Origin: Azolla caroliniana
Taxonomy: Eukaryota; Plantae; Polypodiophyta
Reading direction: 5' to 3'
Assembly: GCA_043228905.1 (NCBI GenBank)
Contig: JBHGNT010000009.1
Location: 12,028,001 to 12,092,000, forward strand
Length of the DNA: 64,000 nucleotides
Position numbers and translations under genes: made by a program. Position 1 is the stretch's first letter. Each line of letters starts with the position of its first letter. This document shows positions 1-13,063 of this stretch, in pieces. The notes beneath the pieces are model-generated. The model ran no database searches. It saw nothing but the letters and a program-made list of their open reading frames with translations, and was not told the origin of the DNA.

Positions 1-1784
1 TCAAGAAGAACTTTCGGACTTGTCGCTTCTTACTTCGGATCTCGACTCTCTTTTCTTTATCATTCGTTGACACCTCGATCTCTTGTAGCATATTCCCGAT
101 CGCCAAGCTTTCTCCCTCATATTCTTCTTCTCAAAATTCTCGGATTACGTTTACTCGGCATATGTGCTCCGAAGCAAAGTAGTCTTCAGAAACTTCTTCA
201 TTATCGGATTCGGCTATGTTGTCTCCGAACCGAACCCTTGATAGCATATCCGCTACCACGTTGTCTTTTCCAGAGATGTGTCGTACTTCCGGCTTAAGCG
301 ACTTAACATATGCAATCCATCTTAGCATAGCCACATCCGGTATCGTGCAACACTGCATCATCCCGAGTATCGGAAGACAATCCGTTTCGATCACTACTTT
401 GGCTCCGATCAAATAATCTCAATCCGATTTGATTGCCAACACGACTCCCCATAGTTCTCTTTTGACTTGTGCATACCCGCGTTGCCTTTCGTTGAGAACC
501 TTTGCTCCGAATCGGATCGGATATCGCGGTCCATCCGGATCGGCTTGATTGATGACCCATCCGATTCCGGTTGGACTTGTGTCAACCGTTACTATGATCG
601 GTCGGTCATAGTTCGGCTTCTTTAGGGCTTTTGCCCTCCGTAGTGATTTCTTGAGCTTCTTCACAGCTTTGGTATGCTCCGATTTCAATTCGAACTTCTT
701 ACCCTTCCGCAACAAGTAATAGAGTGGGTCCGCAATAAGTGCATAGTGCGGAATCCATATGTGGTAGAATGCACACGCTCCAAGAAACCTTTGAACTTCG
801 GATTGTGACTCGCATATTTCTTTCATAGCTTGAATCACATCGATCTTGGTCGGTGACGATCTTCGGCCGTAGGGCCCACATAGATGTCCGACTACCAATA
901 TCTCTTCTTGCCCGAATGCCGATTTTTCCCCGGAAAGTGTTAGGTGCACATCTTCTAACTTTCGAAGCACTTTCTCGCAATCGCGAATATGGTCGACTAC
1001 GATCTTTTGGCATCCTTGATCATCCATAGTTTCATCTTTTTCTTCTACCGCGCATCCTTTCATCGGAATGTCATCTAGGAATGGCATCGTTATCTTCGGG
1101 ATGCAATCTCGAAGCACCTTGTTCATCGCGTTCATCATATGTGCAACCGAGTTTGTCGCTCCTTGTGGTAGTGTGCACATTCAGACTAATCGGCTCTCCA
1201 CGGCTAGTTGGAATTGGTCATACCCGGACTATAGGTCTCCAATGGAGTATATCGCGCGTCCGGCAAAAGCTTCCGCAAATTCGTCCACTATCGGACCGAC
1301 TCCCGAGTTCCGGATCATGACCTTATTCACCGGTTGCAATTCTTGGATAAATCGGAGTGATCCATTCTTCTTCGGAACCGTAAACCATTGATTCAAGTAT
1401 AGAGCGTTTGATGGCTCTAGAATCCCCATCGCCACCTTCTCCTTGAGCAAGTCGATGACTTTCGGAATATGCGCCTGTGGCACCAGAATCGGCTTCAGGT
1501 TCCATGGCACATGGTCAATCGTGAAGATGACCATCGACTCCACTATCTTCGGATCAATGCCTCCTATCTCCCTTGATGTGAATGCGAACGCTTTGCCATG
1601 TTGCTCCAACATCTCACGAAACCGTTCTTCTTCTTTTTGTAAGAGGAAACCACTTCCACCAATCCGATGTTTCTTCTGGGTCTCATCCGTGAAGACATGT
1701 CCGATATCCACAGACTTCCGAAGTGTCGGATCTCCTGAGACTTCTTTCCTCTTTTGTTTGCTATCGGCGGGTAGTGGTCCCATG
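1..1784 (-). mobile_element. Ty3/gypsy pol fragment (RT, RNase H), degenerate; continues at 7168-7535 across the copia insertion
   Basis: ORFs 1229-1801, 419-1180 and 131-412 encode RT (WFTVPKKNGSLRFIQ, LPQGATNS, FLDD) and RNase H (VTVDTSPTGIGW, HISGKDNVVADMLSR) with internal stops. The frame KTMEKKVKSA-M-GPLPADS joins across the CCATG TSD. Confidence 0.92.
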
Positions 1785-2551
1785 TGATGAGAACTCAACA
1801 CTCCTTATGTCCAATGCTCGGCCACAACCGAGCTCCTTTTCATACGCAGAAAACGGGAAACAGATGCACGACACGAAGTGAGAGAAGATACACACACTAC
1901 ACATGAGGTTTACGTGGAAAACCCCAAACTAGGGGAAAAACCACGGCAGTCCACAGGCTGCAAATTATCACTATGTAAGAATGTACAAAACAGTGAGTCC
2001 ACGGAGGCAACGACCTCGTGCTCACGATCTTCGCCACGGGCGACGGTTACAACAGAGGCAACGACCTCGTTCTCTCTCTCTCTCTCTCTGTGCAGTTACG
2101 CACTCTAATTTCGTGCAAAACAGAAAATGATGACAACTAAAAGTTTGCCCTAAGTCATATTTATACTAATATGACTTTTCAGCTATTTACAAATATAGCC
2201 TCGATGGGCTCTCAGAAACATATTTACGAATATGTCTCTTCCTCCGGTTCTCACCGGTTCTGCACCATCCGGCTCTCCGTAGCCGGGTACTCCTCATCCG
2301 GTTCACACCGGGCCTGCACCATCTGGCTCTCCGTAGCCGGGTACTCCTCATCCGGTTCACACCGGGCCTGCACCATCCGGCTCTCCGTAGCCGGGTACTC
2401 CTCATCCGGTTCATACCCGGTCTGCACCATCCGGCTCTCCGTAGCCGGGTACTCCTCATCCGGTTCCGGCCTTGGCCTATCGGCCTCAGGTGAGCTTGTT
2501 CATCGGCACTGTTCTTCTCCCTTCCCATCCGGAGGGACTTGTCTCCCAACA
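1785..2551 (-). repeat. 3' LTR (767 bp) with four 54-bp tandem repeats at ~2261-2466
   Basis: Direct repeat of 6617-7167; unit TGCACCATCCGGCTCTCCGTAGCCGGGTACTCCTCATCCGGTTCACACCGGGCC. Confidence 0.95.
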
Positions 2552-5500
2552 AACTCCCCCTTCACTCCGGCATGGGGTGTCTTACCAGTCCAATCCTCTT
2601 CCGGCATGCGTCCAACTTGTCGGGTGTCAGCACTTTGGTCAGCATATCTGACCTGTTCTTGGCCGTATGGATCTTCGTCAGTGCGAACTCCTGGTCATCT
2701 ACTCTTTCTCGGATATGCTTCGTCCGGGAATGGTAGGCCGCATTCTTAGCAAGGTGGATGGCACTTTGACTGTCGCAATAGAGTCGGTATTCCTCTTGCC
2801 GTTTACCGAGCTCTCCGATGAAATCCTTCATCCATAAAATTTCCTTGCCGGCTTCCACAGCTGCCATGTACTCCGCCTCCGTGGTTGACAATGCAACCGT
2901 CTTCTACAGCCTCGACTGCCACGAAACAACTCCCCCTGCATATGTCATTACATACCCGGATGTAGACCGGCTGGTATCCACATCAGCCGACATGTCCGAA
3001 TCGGTGAAACCGTCCAATTGAGGTTTTCCGGAGCCGAATCGGAGACACATATTTGAAGTGCCCTTCAAATACCGGAGTATCCATTTGACCGTGTTCCAGT
3101 GCTCCTTGTCGGGATTGCTCATAAACCGGCTCACCACTCCGACTGCGTATCCTATGTCCGGTCGGGTACACACCATTGCGTACATCAAGCTCCCGACAGC
3201 AGAGGCATATGGAATCTTCATCATATCCGCCTTCTCTGCTTTCGTCTTCGGGCTTTGCTTGCCGGATAGCCTACAATTTGCCGGAAGTGTCGATCCGACC
3301 GGTTTCACTTCGGACATGTTGAACCGGTGAAGCACCTTTGTCACGTACTTCTCCTGTGACAGCCATAATTGCTTCACTGACCAGTTCCGGATGATGTGCA
3401 TCCCCAACATCTGACTTGCCGGACCCAAGTCTTTCATTGAGAAGGTCCGGTTGAGAGCCTTCTTCAGCATCCGTATTTTGACTTGGTCACGTCCGACGAT
3501 CAACATGTCATCCACGTACAGAAGGAGTATCAGGAAGTCGTCTCCTTCGAACTTCTTCACAAACACGCAGTGATCGGCCTGCGTCTTGTGGTACCCTTGA
3601 TCGGTCATGAAGGAGTCGAACTTCTGGTACCATTGTCGGGGAGCCTGCTTCAGTCCGTACAAGCTCTTCTTCAACCGGCATACCAAGTGCTCCTTCCCTT
3701 TCTCCACGAATCCTTCCGGTTGCTGCATGTAGATCTCCTCTTCGAGGTTGCCATGAAGGAATGTCGTCTTCACGTCCAGCTGCTCTACCTCGAGGTCCAT
3801 GCTTGCTGCTATACTCAGCACCGTCCGGATGGAGGTCATCTTTACTACCGGGGCAAATATCTCGTCGAAGTCCACGCCCTTCTTCTGTTGGAACCCCTTC
3901 ACCACGATCCTGGCTTTGTATCTCGGGGGGTTGCCGGCATCTCCCGGTTTCAACTTGTACACCCACTTGTTTCGGAGTGCCCGCTTTCCTTTCGGCAACT
4001 CCACCAATTCGTACGTATGGTTCTCATGCAGGGAATCCATCTCGTCCTGCATGGCACTTAACCACTTTCGGCTGTGGGTGTCTTCCTTCGCTTCTTCGAA
4101 GCTTTCCGGCTCCCCCTCATCGGTCAGCAGAACATGCTCTGTATCCGGAAATCTCCGGGGGGGCCTTCTCTCTCTAAGAGGATATCTCCGTCTTTGGGCT
4201 TCGGTAACCGGCTCCTCCATTTGCTCTTCATCCGAATCTGATTCGGGGTCTTGGCCGGTTCCGGTTTCAGCTTCCACTACTTCTTCTTTAGCCTGTTCGG
4301 TATCCTCACCATAACCGGCTGGTCCCTCGAGTGCTAACCGGTCTCTTGCCGGTTGGTTCTGCTCATCGTAGAGTCTATCCTTACCGGTCGACTCGGAGTT
4401 CATTATCTTCTTCTCCGACTCCCAGTCGGCGAGCGTCTTGTCCTCCATGAAGATAATATCTCGACTCCGGAATACCTTCTTGTCGACCGGATCCCACACT
4501 CGGTAGCCGAACTCATCGTCACCGTAACCAAGGAATATGCATGGCCGGGTCTTTGGATCTAACTTTCCTCTCCGGTCCTTAGCTACATGCACATACGCGA
4601 GACACCCGAACACCTTCAGATGCCGGTAGGATACTTCCTTACCGGTCCACACTCTCTGTGGCGTGTCTCCGTCCAAGGGTATTGAGGGTGATCTATTTAT
4701 CACATATGTCGTCGTCGACAATGCCTCAGCCCAAAACTTCTTGGGTAGCTTTGCATGCGCTAGCATACTCCGGACCCTCTCCATTATGGTCCGGTTCATC
4801 CTCTCGGCCAGTCCGTTTAGTTCCGGCGTCTTCGGCACGGTAAATTCGAGCCGGATTCCCTTCGAGTGGCAGTACTCCTCGAACTGCCCCCGGTATTCAC
4901 CTCCGTTATCTGCTCGAACCGCCTTCAGCTTCCGGCCGGTTTCTCTTTCCACTCTCGCGTGGAGCTCTTTGAAGACGGATAGCACCTGATCCTTCATCTT
5001 CAGCGGTGTGGCCCACAGCTTCCGGCTGTGGTCATCTATGAATGTCATGAAGTACTGCGCTCCGGCATGTGACTTCGTGTCCACTTGACACACATCTGTA
5101 TGCACCAACTCCAGTGGTGCATTACGTCTCATCGGTGGCCTTGGTCGGAAGGAGGTCCGGTTCTGCTTACCGGCCAGACAATCCGTGCACTTCTCTAAGT
5201 GCACGTTCTTCACTGGAATGAGGTTGTCGTCTGCAAGCCTCTTCATCCCCTTCTCGCTCATGTGACACAGCCTCTTATCCCACGGCTCACCGGCAGTGTC
5301 GGATGCCACGTTCACTTCTTTAGGGCATAACCGGGCATTCATCAGGTACAGTGTGTTGACCTTCTAGGCCCGAGCCACAATCAGGCTCCCTTTGCTGAAC
5401 TTCATGACACCGTTCCGGATGCTACCCGTGTAGCCTTCATCATCTAGCCGACCAGCTGATATCAGGTTCAGACGAACCTCCGGAACGTGTCGGACATCCT

Positions 5501-6616
5501 TCAGCAGCAACTTGCATCCGGTTGGTGTCAACAACCACACGTCTCCTATGCCGACAATTCGGCATGTCCCTTCATTCCCCATCCGGACACAGCCGTGATC
5601 ACCGGCTGAGTAGGATGAGAAACATTTCTGGTCCGGGGTAAGGTGGAACGATGCTCCGGAGTTGACCACCCAGGTCATCTCGTCGTCGGCAAGGTTTATC
5701 TCACTCTCCTCGGTGATGAGCATCAACTCCTCTTCACTTGCCGCGATTGCCGTCGTTCCCTTCCGGTCCGGCCCCCTCTGGTCTTTACCGTTCCGGTCCG
5801 GGGTTTGCTTCGAATCGGTACCGTCGGTTTCCTTGTCTTTACGGAAATGCCGACAATTCTTTTGGAAGTGTCCCGGCTTGCCGCAATAGAAGCAAGTGGG
5901 CCTCCCCCTTGACTTTGACCGTGTCCCCGACTTCTCCCGGTTCTAGGGACTACGGTTTCTATGTCTTCCGCGTTCCGATTCGGTAAGGAGCACTTTGGAG
6001 TCGGAGCTCATATCTTTGTCTTTCCGACACGCCTCCTCATCTAGCAAGCTCGACTTTACTCTTGCTAGGGATAACCGTTTTCCTTCCGGTCTGGCGTTGC
6101 CCAAAGTGACAACCAACGTCTCCCAACTATCCGGGAGGGAACCGAGCAGGAGTAGCGCTAGTACCTCATCGGCAAGAGGTACTTCCAATGACGTTGCCTG
6201 GTGTATCAGCCCCTGGAAGGCATTCATATGCTCCGCCATGCTGGAGCCATCTTGGTACTGGAGTCTTACTAGCTTCCGGAATACCGACACCTGATTGACA
6301 GCATTTTTGTTCTGAAACATTATGCCGATCTTCTCCCAGAGCTCATGAGCCTTGCTCTCTTCATTGAAGTTGTTGTACAGGCTCATGTCGATGAAGCACC
6401 GTATGTACGTCGTTGTCTTCATGTGCATCACCTCCCATATCGCGGCGTCGATTTTGTCCGGTCTCTTGTCCCCGAACTGAACCGGCAGCCAGAGGTCTTT
6501 GACCATGAGCATGTCCCTCATCTTCGACTTCCACACTGAGTAGTTGGAGCCGGTGAGCTTGAACATGCCGCCAAACGATTCGTCCATTTTCTGTGTCGTT
6601 TTGCTCTGATACCAAT

Positions 6617-7167
6617 TGACGAGAACTCAACGCTCCTTATGTCCAACGCTCGGCCACAACCGAGCTCCTTTTCATACGCAGAAAACGGGAAACAGATGCA
6701 CGACACGAAGTGAGAGAAGATACACACACTACACAGGAGGTTTACGTGGAAGCAGTCCACAGGCTGCGAATTGTCACTATGTAAGAATGTACAAAACAGT
6801 GAGTCCACGGAGGCAACGACCTCGTGTTCACGATCTTCGCCACGGGCGGCGGTTACAACAGAGGCAACAACCTCGTTCTCTCTCTCTCTCTGTACAGTTA
6901 CGCACTCTGATTTCGTGCAAAACAGAAAATGACGACAACTAAAAGTTTGCCCTAAGTCATATTTATACTAATATGACTTTTCGGCTATTTACAAATATAG
7001 CCTCGATGGGCTCTCAGAAACATATTTACGAATATGTCTCTTCCTCCGGTTCTGCACCATCCGGCTCTCCGTAGCCGGGTACTCCTCATCCGGTTCCGGC
7101 CTCGGCTGAGCTTGTTCATCGGCACTGTTCTTCTCCCTTCCCATCCGGAGGGACCTGTCTCCCAACA
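6617..7167 (-). repeat. 5' LTR (551 bp), single copy of the 54-bp unit
   Basis: Direct repeat of 1785-2551, adjacent to the PBS. Confidence 0.95.
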
Positions 7168-7535
7168 CCATGGCTGATTTCACCTTCTTCTCCATGGTCT
7201 TGAATTTCGTACTTACCATTGCTTCTTCTTTGCGGAGTGCATTCGGCCCCATTTTTGCAATGATCTCGTACATCTTGACCGATTCCACCGGAATTACCCA
7301 GTTTCCCTGGCTTGTATCTTCTGCGAGCCCTTCAAGCCGTTGTAGCGTGCTCCCATAGAACACTTCCTCAACTATTCCCACGATTTCTTCGTCTTCTTTT
7401 ATTATTGATGCCGACCGTAACTTATCCTCCACTTTTCGGTATTCTTTCTTCATTCCTCCGGTTACGGCCGTGTACATGGATGCCCCATCCAGACCAATTC
7501 CTACTTGTTTTGCTCCGAGAGTTTTCTTCTTCAAT
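7168..7535 (-). mobile_element. Upstream part of the interrupted gypsy polyprotein (pre-RT linker)
   Basis: ORF 6989-7534 ends in STKFKTMEKKVKSAM at the TSD, in frame with 1229-1784. Confidence 0.85.
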
Positions 7536-7539
7536 GGGG

Positions 7540-9983
7540 TATCTGGGCTTCTTGGACTATCACTTCCCCATTCTGCAGCAGTCCGTTCTAAAACTCCAGT
7601 CTTGTTTGGGACAAGAGCTCTCTCTTCTTACCCCAACCCCAACCCCGACAATGACCCCACAAGAATCACAACTAAACCCAAACTCAGGCATAGAACAACC
7701 GACACTGGCACCAGGGCAAGTTCCAACTCAAACAACCGGAGAAAGGGTGCGTCGGGCAAAACAAAAGGCAAAGAGATTCCAACAGGACGAGCAAGAAGAA
7801 TCTCCAAGGAAAAAGAAAAGAGCGGATGAACAACCTCAAACGGAGACTCATGTCAACCTAGAGGACACGAGTCGGATTGAAAAAGGAAAATCATCAGTCA
7901 CAAGTCCTTGGGAAGCATTAGGCTTTCCGAAATTCCTCCAATGGCACATGAGGTGGCAGCCATTCTACAATTCAGTACCTCCTATGAATTGGTGGAATGG
8001 CTAGCACATAGTTTACAGGAAGTGTCGGAAAGAATGGCACAAGAACACAAGGATCAAATCATGATCCAAAAGTCATTTATTAGCGCGGTTGAACCGAAAG
8101 AACAACAGGAAGTCGACCAAATCAGCCGACATCGCAATGCCAAAAACAGGGGAGAAGCCATCCAGATGCCACTGGTAGGTCCATAGGAAATACGAATGAG
8201 CAAACAGAGCAGCTAGAGATATGGCTGAATTATATAAAAATGCAATGGCGGTGTCGGATGTATTAAACGATAAATGTAAATGAACGCAAGCCAAGAAAGA
8301 TGAGTTGTCAGAGAAACTCCGATAAACAGAAGAAAAATTGAAATAGGTTGAAGAACAATTTCCTCGCACACCAAGTACCTGACAGGCTTTCCGCGTCCTA
8401 TTAGGAACTACAACAAAAATAGCATGAAGTCGAAGCAGCAATCGAAACTGCAACAGCCCAGGCAGAGGCAGCCGAAATGAGAGTCAAGAAGGTAGAAGAG
8501 TGTCTACTATTGGCCAAAACAGAAATTGATAAATGGCTGGAGACAAAAGACAAAGCAATACAATGGCTCAAACGACAGTTAGCACAACAACAGGAGGAAA
8601 AACAACAATAGGAGGAACAAATACTTGAGTTAGAAGAATATGTGCGCATTCAGGAAGATTATTTTGCTACACAAATGGCCGAAGACGAACGCAAAGCTAC
8701 AGCGACACAAGAAGTGCATGAAGAAGAAAATCGACAATGGGAATCAACGAATTCTGATTTACAAAGCCGTTGCACCGAATTAGAAGCTAGGTATGAAAAG
8801 AAAAGACTCGACCTTTTGGTAGCCGAAGCAAAGCTCATGCAAGTGGAAGGAGCAACCAATGCGCAGGTAATAGATCTATGCAAGCAATTGGCCGCGGCAC
8901 AATACCATGCGAGTATGGGTGAAGAAAAAATCAGAGCAATACTAAATCGTGACAAACTCAACACTCTAAAACTGGTATCCAATTCACTCGACTGAGGATG
9001 GAAGACATGGTCAGCACAGGTAGCAAAATTACAAATCTTGCGTGCAGACGGAGATAACAGAAAAAAACAGGGGCCAAAATTCTTCAAAATGACAGAGGAA
9101 GCAATATCCACCGTACAGGAGGATATTGCTAAAGGTTTGTATGATATGGCGGTTAGTCATCGAGAAGAAATAACTCAACTTATGCAAGAATTTGATAAGC
9201 ATGAAATCGACACCTCTGTTCAGTTAGAAGGTTATGATTAAACTAGAAGAAGTCAAACACCAGAGCTCGGAGACTCAACATCTTAGCAACCACCACCCTC
9301 ACACCACAACACTCACGCGGAGAACGCCAACGACAATACCAACACCGACACTGACAACGACAATGAAGCCGAACCATCATTATTTGACTCGATGACAAGG
9401 AGGAAATAGACAACGATCTTAACCCTGACCATCAAGAGTAGTCTGTTACCTTGAGTTCGACCAGGCAAGGCCCTGGCCCACAGGTGTGCCAAGTGTTAGC
9501 CGGTCAAGGAATGCCTCAGACAAGTATGAAAGCGTCGAAGTCGACAATGTTCAGAAACTATAGAGTCGGAGTCAGATCAATTAGGTGGATCAATGAGTCA
9601 GCAATTTTGCTAACTAAATAGTAATTACAAATATTTAAGTTAGTTAGAAGTTTTGTAGTTCTTGCTGACAAGGCAAAATGTAGTTCTTAATAAGGTAGTC
9701 TTTCAGGTTACCTATAAAAAGGAACCGAAAGCATTGTACTACTATTGTCTGTTTTCAGTTAATATAGTTTTTAGCTATAGGAATTCTAAGCACTTGTGTC
9801 GATAATATTGTTCTCTATAATTTTGTTCTGCAATAACTATACTAACAAAAATAATCGATCACGATACAAATACAGTATCGTAGGTTACGCTTAATCTAGT
9901 AATATCCATTCATATTCCACAGTTCTCTGATGAAACGTTCATCATAAGAACGTTCGATCTTATTGTTTGTCGGTCAAACAACA
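7540..9983 (+). mobile_element. 3' end of a gypsy element: degenerate coiled-coil extra ORF followed by an LTR (~9494-9983)
   Basis: E/K/Q-rich helical ORF pieces at 7312-9241 with stops. The LTR starts TGTTAGCCGG, has CCTATAAAAAGGAACCGAA and ends CAAACAACA, resembling the LTRs at 39347-39798 and 48230-48795. Confidence 0.7.
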
Positions 9984-10005
9984 ACTGTCATGATATGGCA
10001 TGGTA

Positions 10006-10072
10006 TGGCTCCAAAAGGATTTGAACCCATGACCTTGTGTTACAAGGGTTGAACCTTTACCACTAATCCATT
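10006..10072 (-). repeat. tRNA-derived (SINE-like) head
   Basis: Minus strand has an A-box-like TGGATTAGTGG and B-box GGTTCAAATCC at tRNA-like spacing; no intact cloverleaf. Confidence 0.5.
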
Positions 10073-10099
10073 CATTCTATACTATGGCCCAACTAAAAA

Positions 10100-10980
10100 T
10101 AGACGGGACGGGGTCCGGAGGTTATTGGAGGAATTTGAAGACGATCAACTATAGCTAACGATGTAGTTGGAAGCTTATGAGCGGGAGAGAAGGCGAAAGG
10201 TAGTTGAACAGATGCAAGAGCAGATGACGGAGCAAATAAATATCAGTGATGAAGAGCAACAACTAGTTGCGTCAGGTACAACAAAGGAGGACCAACCAGA
10301 ACAGTCGAGGGCACAAACAGGCCAACCGGAGACACAAGAAGAGCAATTGGTGGAGCAAGCACCGATGCAACAACGGGGTGCAGATGAGCAACACACCGTT
10401 GACGCAGATCAACGACAACAGCAAACGGTAGTAGAAGAAGAGCGGTCGGACCTAGTGGACCAACACATTCTGGACATACTCGAGGAAAGTTGAAGAACAG
10501 AGGCATGGCGATCATGGTTACGGATTGTGGGATGCCACGGGCATGCCATGTGTTGCCTAGAGGCGAGTATGGAACGGAGGTGTGAACCAGGGGTCGGATA
10601 TTTAATAATTAGGAATATGCTATTATACGAGGACGGATCCAGATGGATGTACCAATCCGGATCCGCACCGTTTTGTATCTATGCCGATCGAAATATGCAC
10701 CGCTTTGTATCAGAACCAGATGCCTATATAAAGGACCCAGATTGAATGTATTAAGAGAGCGAGTAATATAATCTTTATTTTCTATCTTGCGTACTTGTCG
10801 TCTGTACTTTCATGTTTTAATCTTACGCGTTTTAATATATAGTCGGATGTTATGTCTTCCTGATATATAACCCGTTTATCTATAATTATTTGTGGACTAA
10901 TCCATCATTCCAACCACACCTATGGAGAAAGTATTCCAGGAAGGGAATACGTTGTGTTTGCGACTAAGGTCTAGCCCATG
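10100..10980 (+). mobile_element. Probable retrotransposon 3' remnant: E/Q-rich ORF, purine tract, LTR-like sequence from 10581
   Basis: ORF 10167-10493; GGAACGGAGG followed by TGTGAACC at 10581; CCTATATAAAGG TATA box. Right boundary uncertain. Confidence 0.45.
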
Positions 10981-11009
10981 ATAAACAACTACTCATGGAA
11001 TTTACGATT

Positions 11010-11300
11010 GATGATTATATACTCTATCACAATCTACGATTGACACCCACAATACTTCAACTATGAGTTTACAATCAATCATGCATAGCCCTAATCAATA
11101 TGTACACCAAAGTATCATGAAAAGATCAAACGCGTTGACTACAAGTACTTCTATATCAAAGAGCTTGTTAAATAAAGAGGAGGGAAAAAACAAATGAACT
11201 TATGCTTCACCCCAAGTTCAGAACAATGGGCTAATTTCTAACCAAAGTTGTACCTAAATCTAAGTATGAGCTTTGTTGTAAGGAAATTCGTCTTGCTTAA
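11010..11300 (+). mobile_element. Highly decayed copia RNase H remnant
   Basis: Translates to YHEKIKRVDYKYFYIKEL, similar to the copia motif FHxRTKHIDxxYHFIRE. Confidence 0.5.
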
Positions 11301-13063
11301 AAAATGTAATTCATCTTCTAAAAAATGCACGAGAATGCGAACACTTCTTTAAAAATGTAATTAATCTTCTAGTAAGTGTGAACATTGATTAATTATTTAA
11401 ATTAATTAAAGATGCAAATCTTGGAGTTGCATGATCTGAAATTTCACAAACATGAGAGAGACACCTCTTCATGAAAGGACACATTTGTGATTAGAATAAA
11501 TATGGCTTAATGCCAAGTTTTGTATAGAATTATTGATATTCTCAATCTTGTTTTGTTCCATAAATTAGAACTAGCAACTTGATATTGAACTTTCATCAAA
11601 AGAATTATCATACTTTCACAATAGATTCTTATACATCTTCCTATTAACCACATTATCACCTTCTGTATGGTTTCTTCTTGAAACAAAGACAATTAAAATT
11701 TGCAAAATATGTGTTATATGATAATGGGATACAAAACTTTGTTCTAGATGGTTTTAATTTTTTGGCTCCTCTTGGAAACAAACTCACCATCCTTGAAATG
11801 TTACCTTGAAATCCATAGATTGCAAAAGGTTATTGGTGGAATGTTGAAATTGACTTACCTTGAATCATTTTAATTGTCTAGCCTTTGTAGGATTGTGATG
11901 CTTACCTTAGAAAATTGTGTTTGTTAGTGTAATCCTTGTTCAACTTATCACATTATGCAAGCATAAGAAAACGCATGCAAAGCCCGTCAAAACAATAGTT
12001 GAGATTGAGCACAATATTATGCAAATAGAAGTTTAATTTTCACCTCATGTTGTATGAGAAGAATGAGATGCTAGCCTCACCACTCATTTTTTCACCTTCT
12101 TTAGGAAGCTTTGACAAGCTAACTAGATAGATGAGATTATTTGTAATATTACCTTCACCTCTCCTCAATGTCCTATCGTATGTAGTAACTTGTTTGAACA
12201 TAAAGCTTTAGATTATGATTTTCACTATGGTTGCTTGAGATATTTAAAGATATAAACACATTTTTTTGGATAGTTTAGCTTCACAAACAGAACATAGAAC
12301 ATGGTACAAAGTAGTGGAAACCATATCCATAAATGAAGATATGGAGAAAAAATCTTTTAGGATCTCAATCGATCATTATGTGTTTGACAAATCCCCCAAT
12401 CACATTCATGAATTTACAACAATTGCCAAGAAGTGAGCATGAGAGAGTCTTTAGATAAGTGTTCATCGACAATCATACAAGAGGTGACTAACATAAATAT
12501 GACCACTTAATGACTCCAATGTAATCATTGATAGGGTGGAAATGGAAAATCTTATTTCTATTGCCAATCTGATAAGTTCTATAAATAGGGTAGTTAATCT
12601 TACTCTTGTGGCAAAAACAAAAAAAAAAAGCAAAGTTCATGCAAATACATCTCATTAAGTGGAAGCCATGCTAAGGTTTCTAGATGTTGAATAAGAGAAG
12701 CACTAGAGCTCTTTAAAGATGATTAGACCTAGGTGACCAAACCCAAATGAGCACATGGTCCTTTGTCCAAGTATTTTATGTTGTTAAAATGGCATAGCAT
12801 TGCAATTAGCTTGAGATCTCCAAGTGTTCATTGGAAGAAGAGGTTAATCCTAAAATAGCAAAACTATTTGAGTAAAGTTTGGGTTTATTGTTTAGGGTTG
12901 AGGTCTAGGGATTGCAATATGTATTGTGTCCTATTTGCCCTTTGCTTTTTTTGTATCCAAATAACTCAGGACTACATGTGAACTTGATTTCAAAGTAATT
13001 TTATCTTCAGCGTTTTAATTTGAACCATTTCAATTGACATCTTTCTAAAAAAATTTGTCTCGT

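Larger units (their letters stand above)
1785..7167 (-). mobile_element. Full-length Ty1/copia LTR retrotransposon with premature stops, inserted in the gypsy pol
   Basis: TG...CA termini; TSD CCATG at 1780-1784 and 7168-7172; PBS TGGTATCAGAGC (tRNA-iMet type) at 6603-6614; PPT at 2552-2562; gag-PR-IN-RT-RH order in ORFs 5943-6587, 5364-5726, 2904-5342, 2562-2891. Confidence 0.97.

Noticed and set aside
2171-2749. Repeat proteins (RLSVAGYSSSGSH / RMRSTRLRRAGWC), also at 55769-56346
   Set aside because: They are translations of the 54-bp LTR tandem repeat, open only because 54 is a multiple of three.
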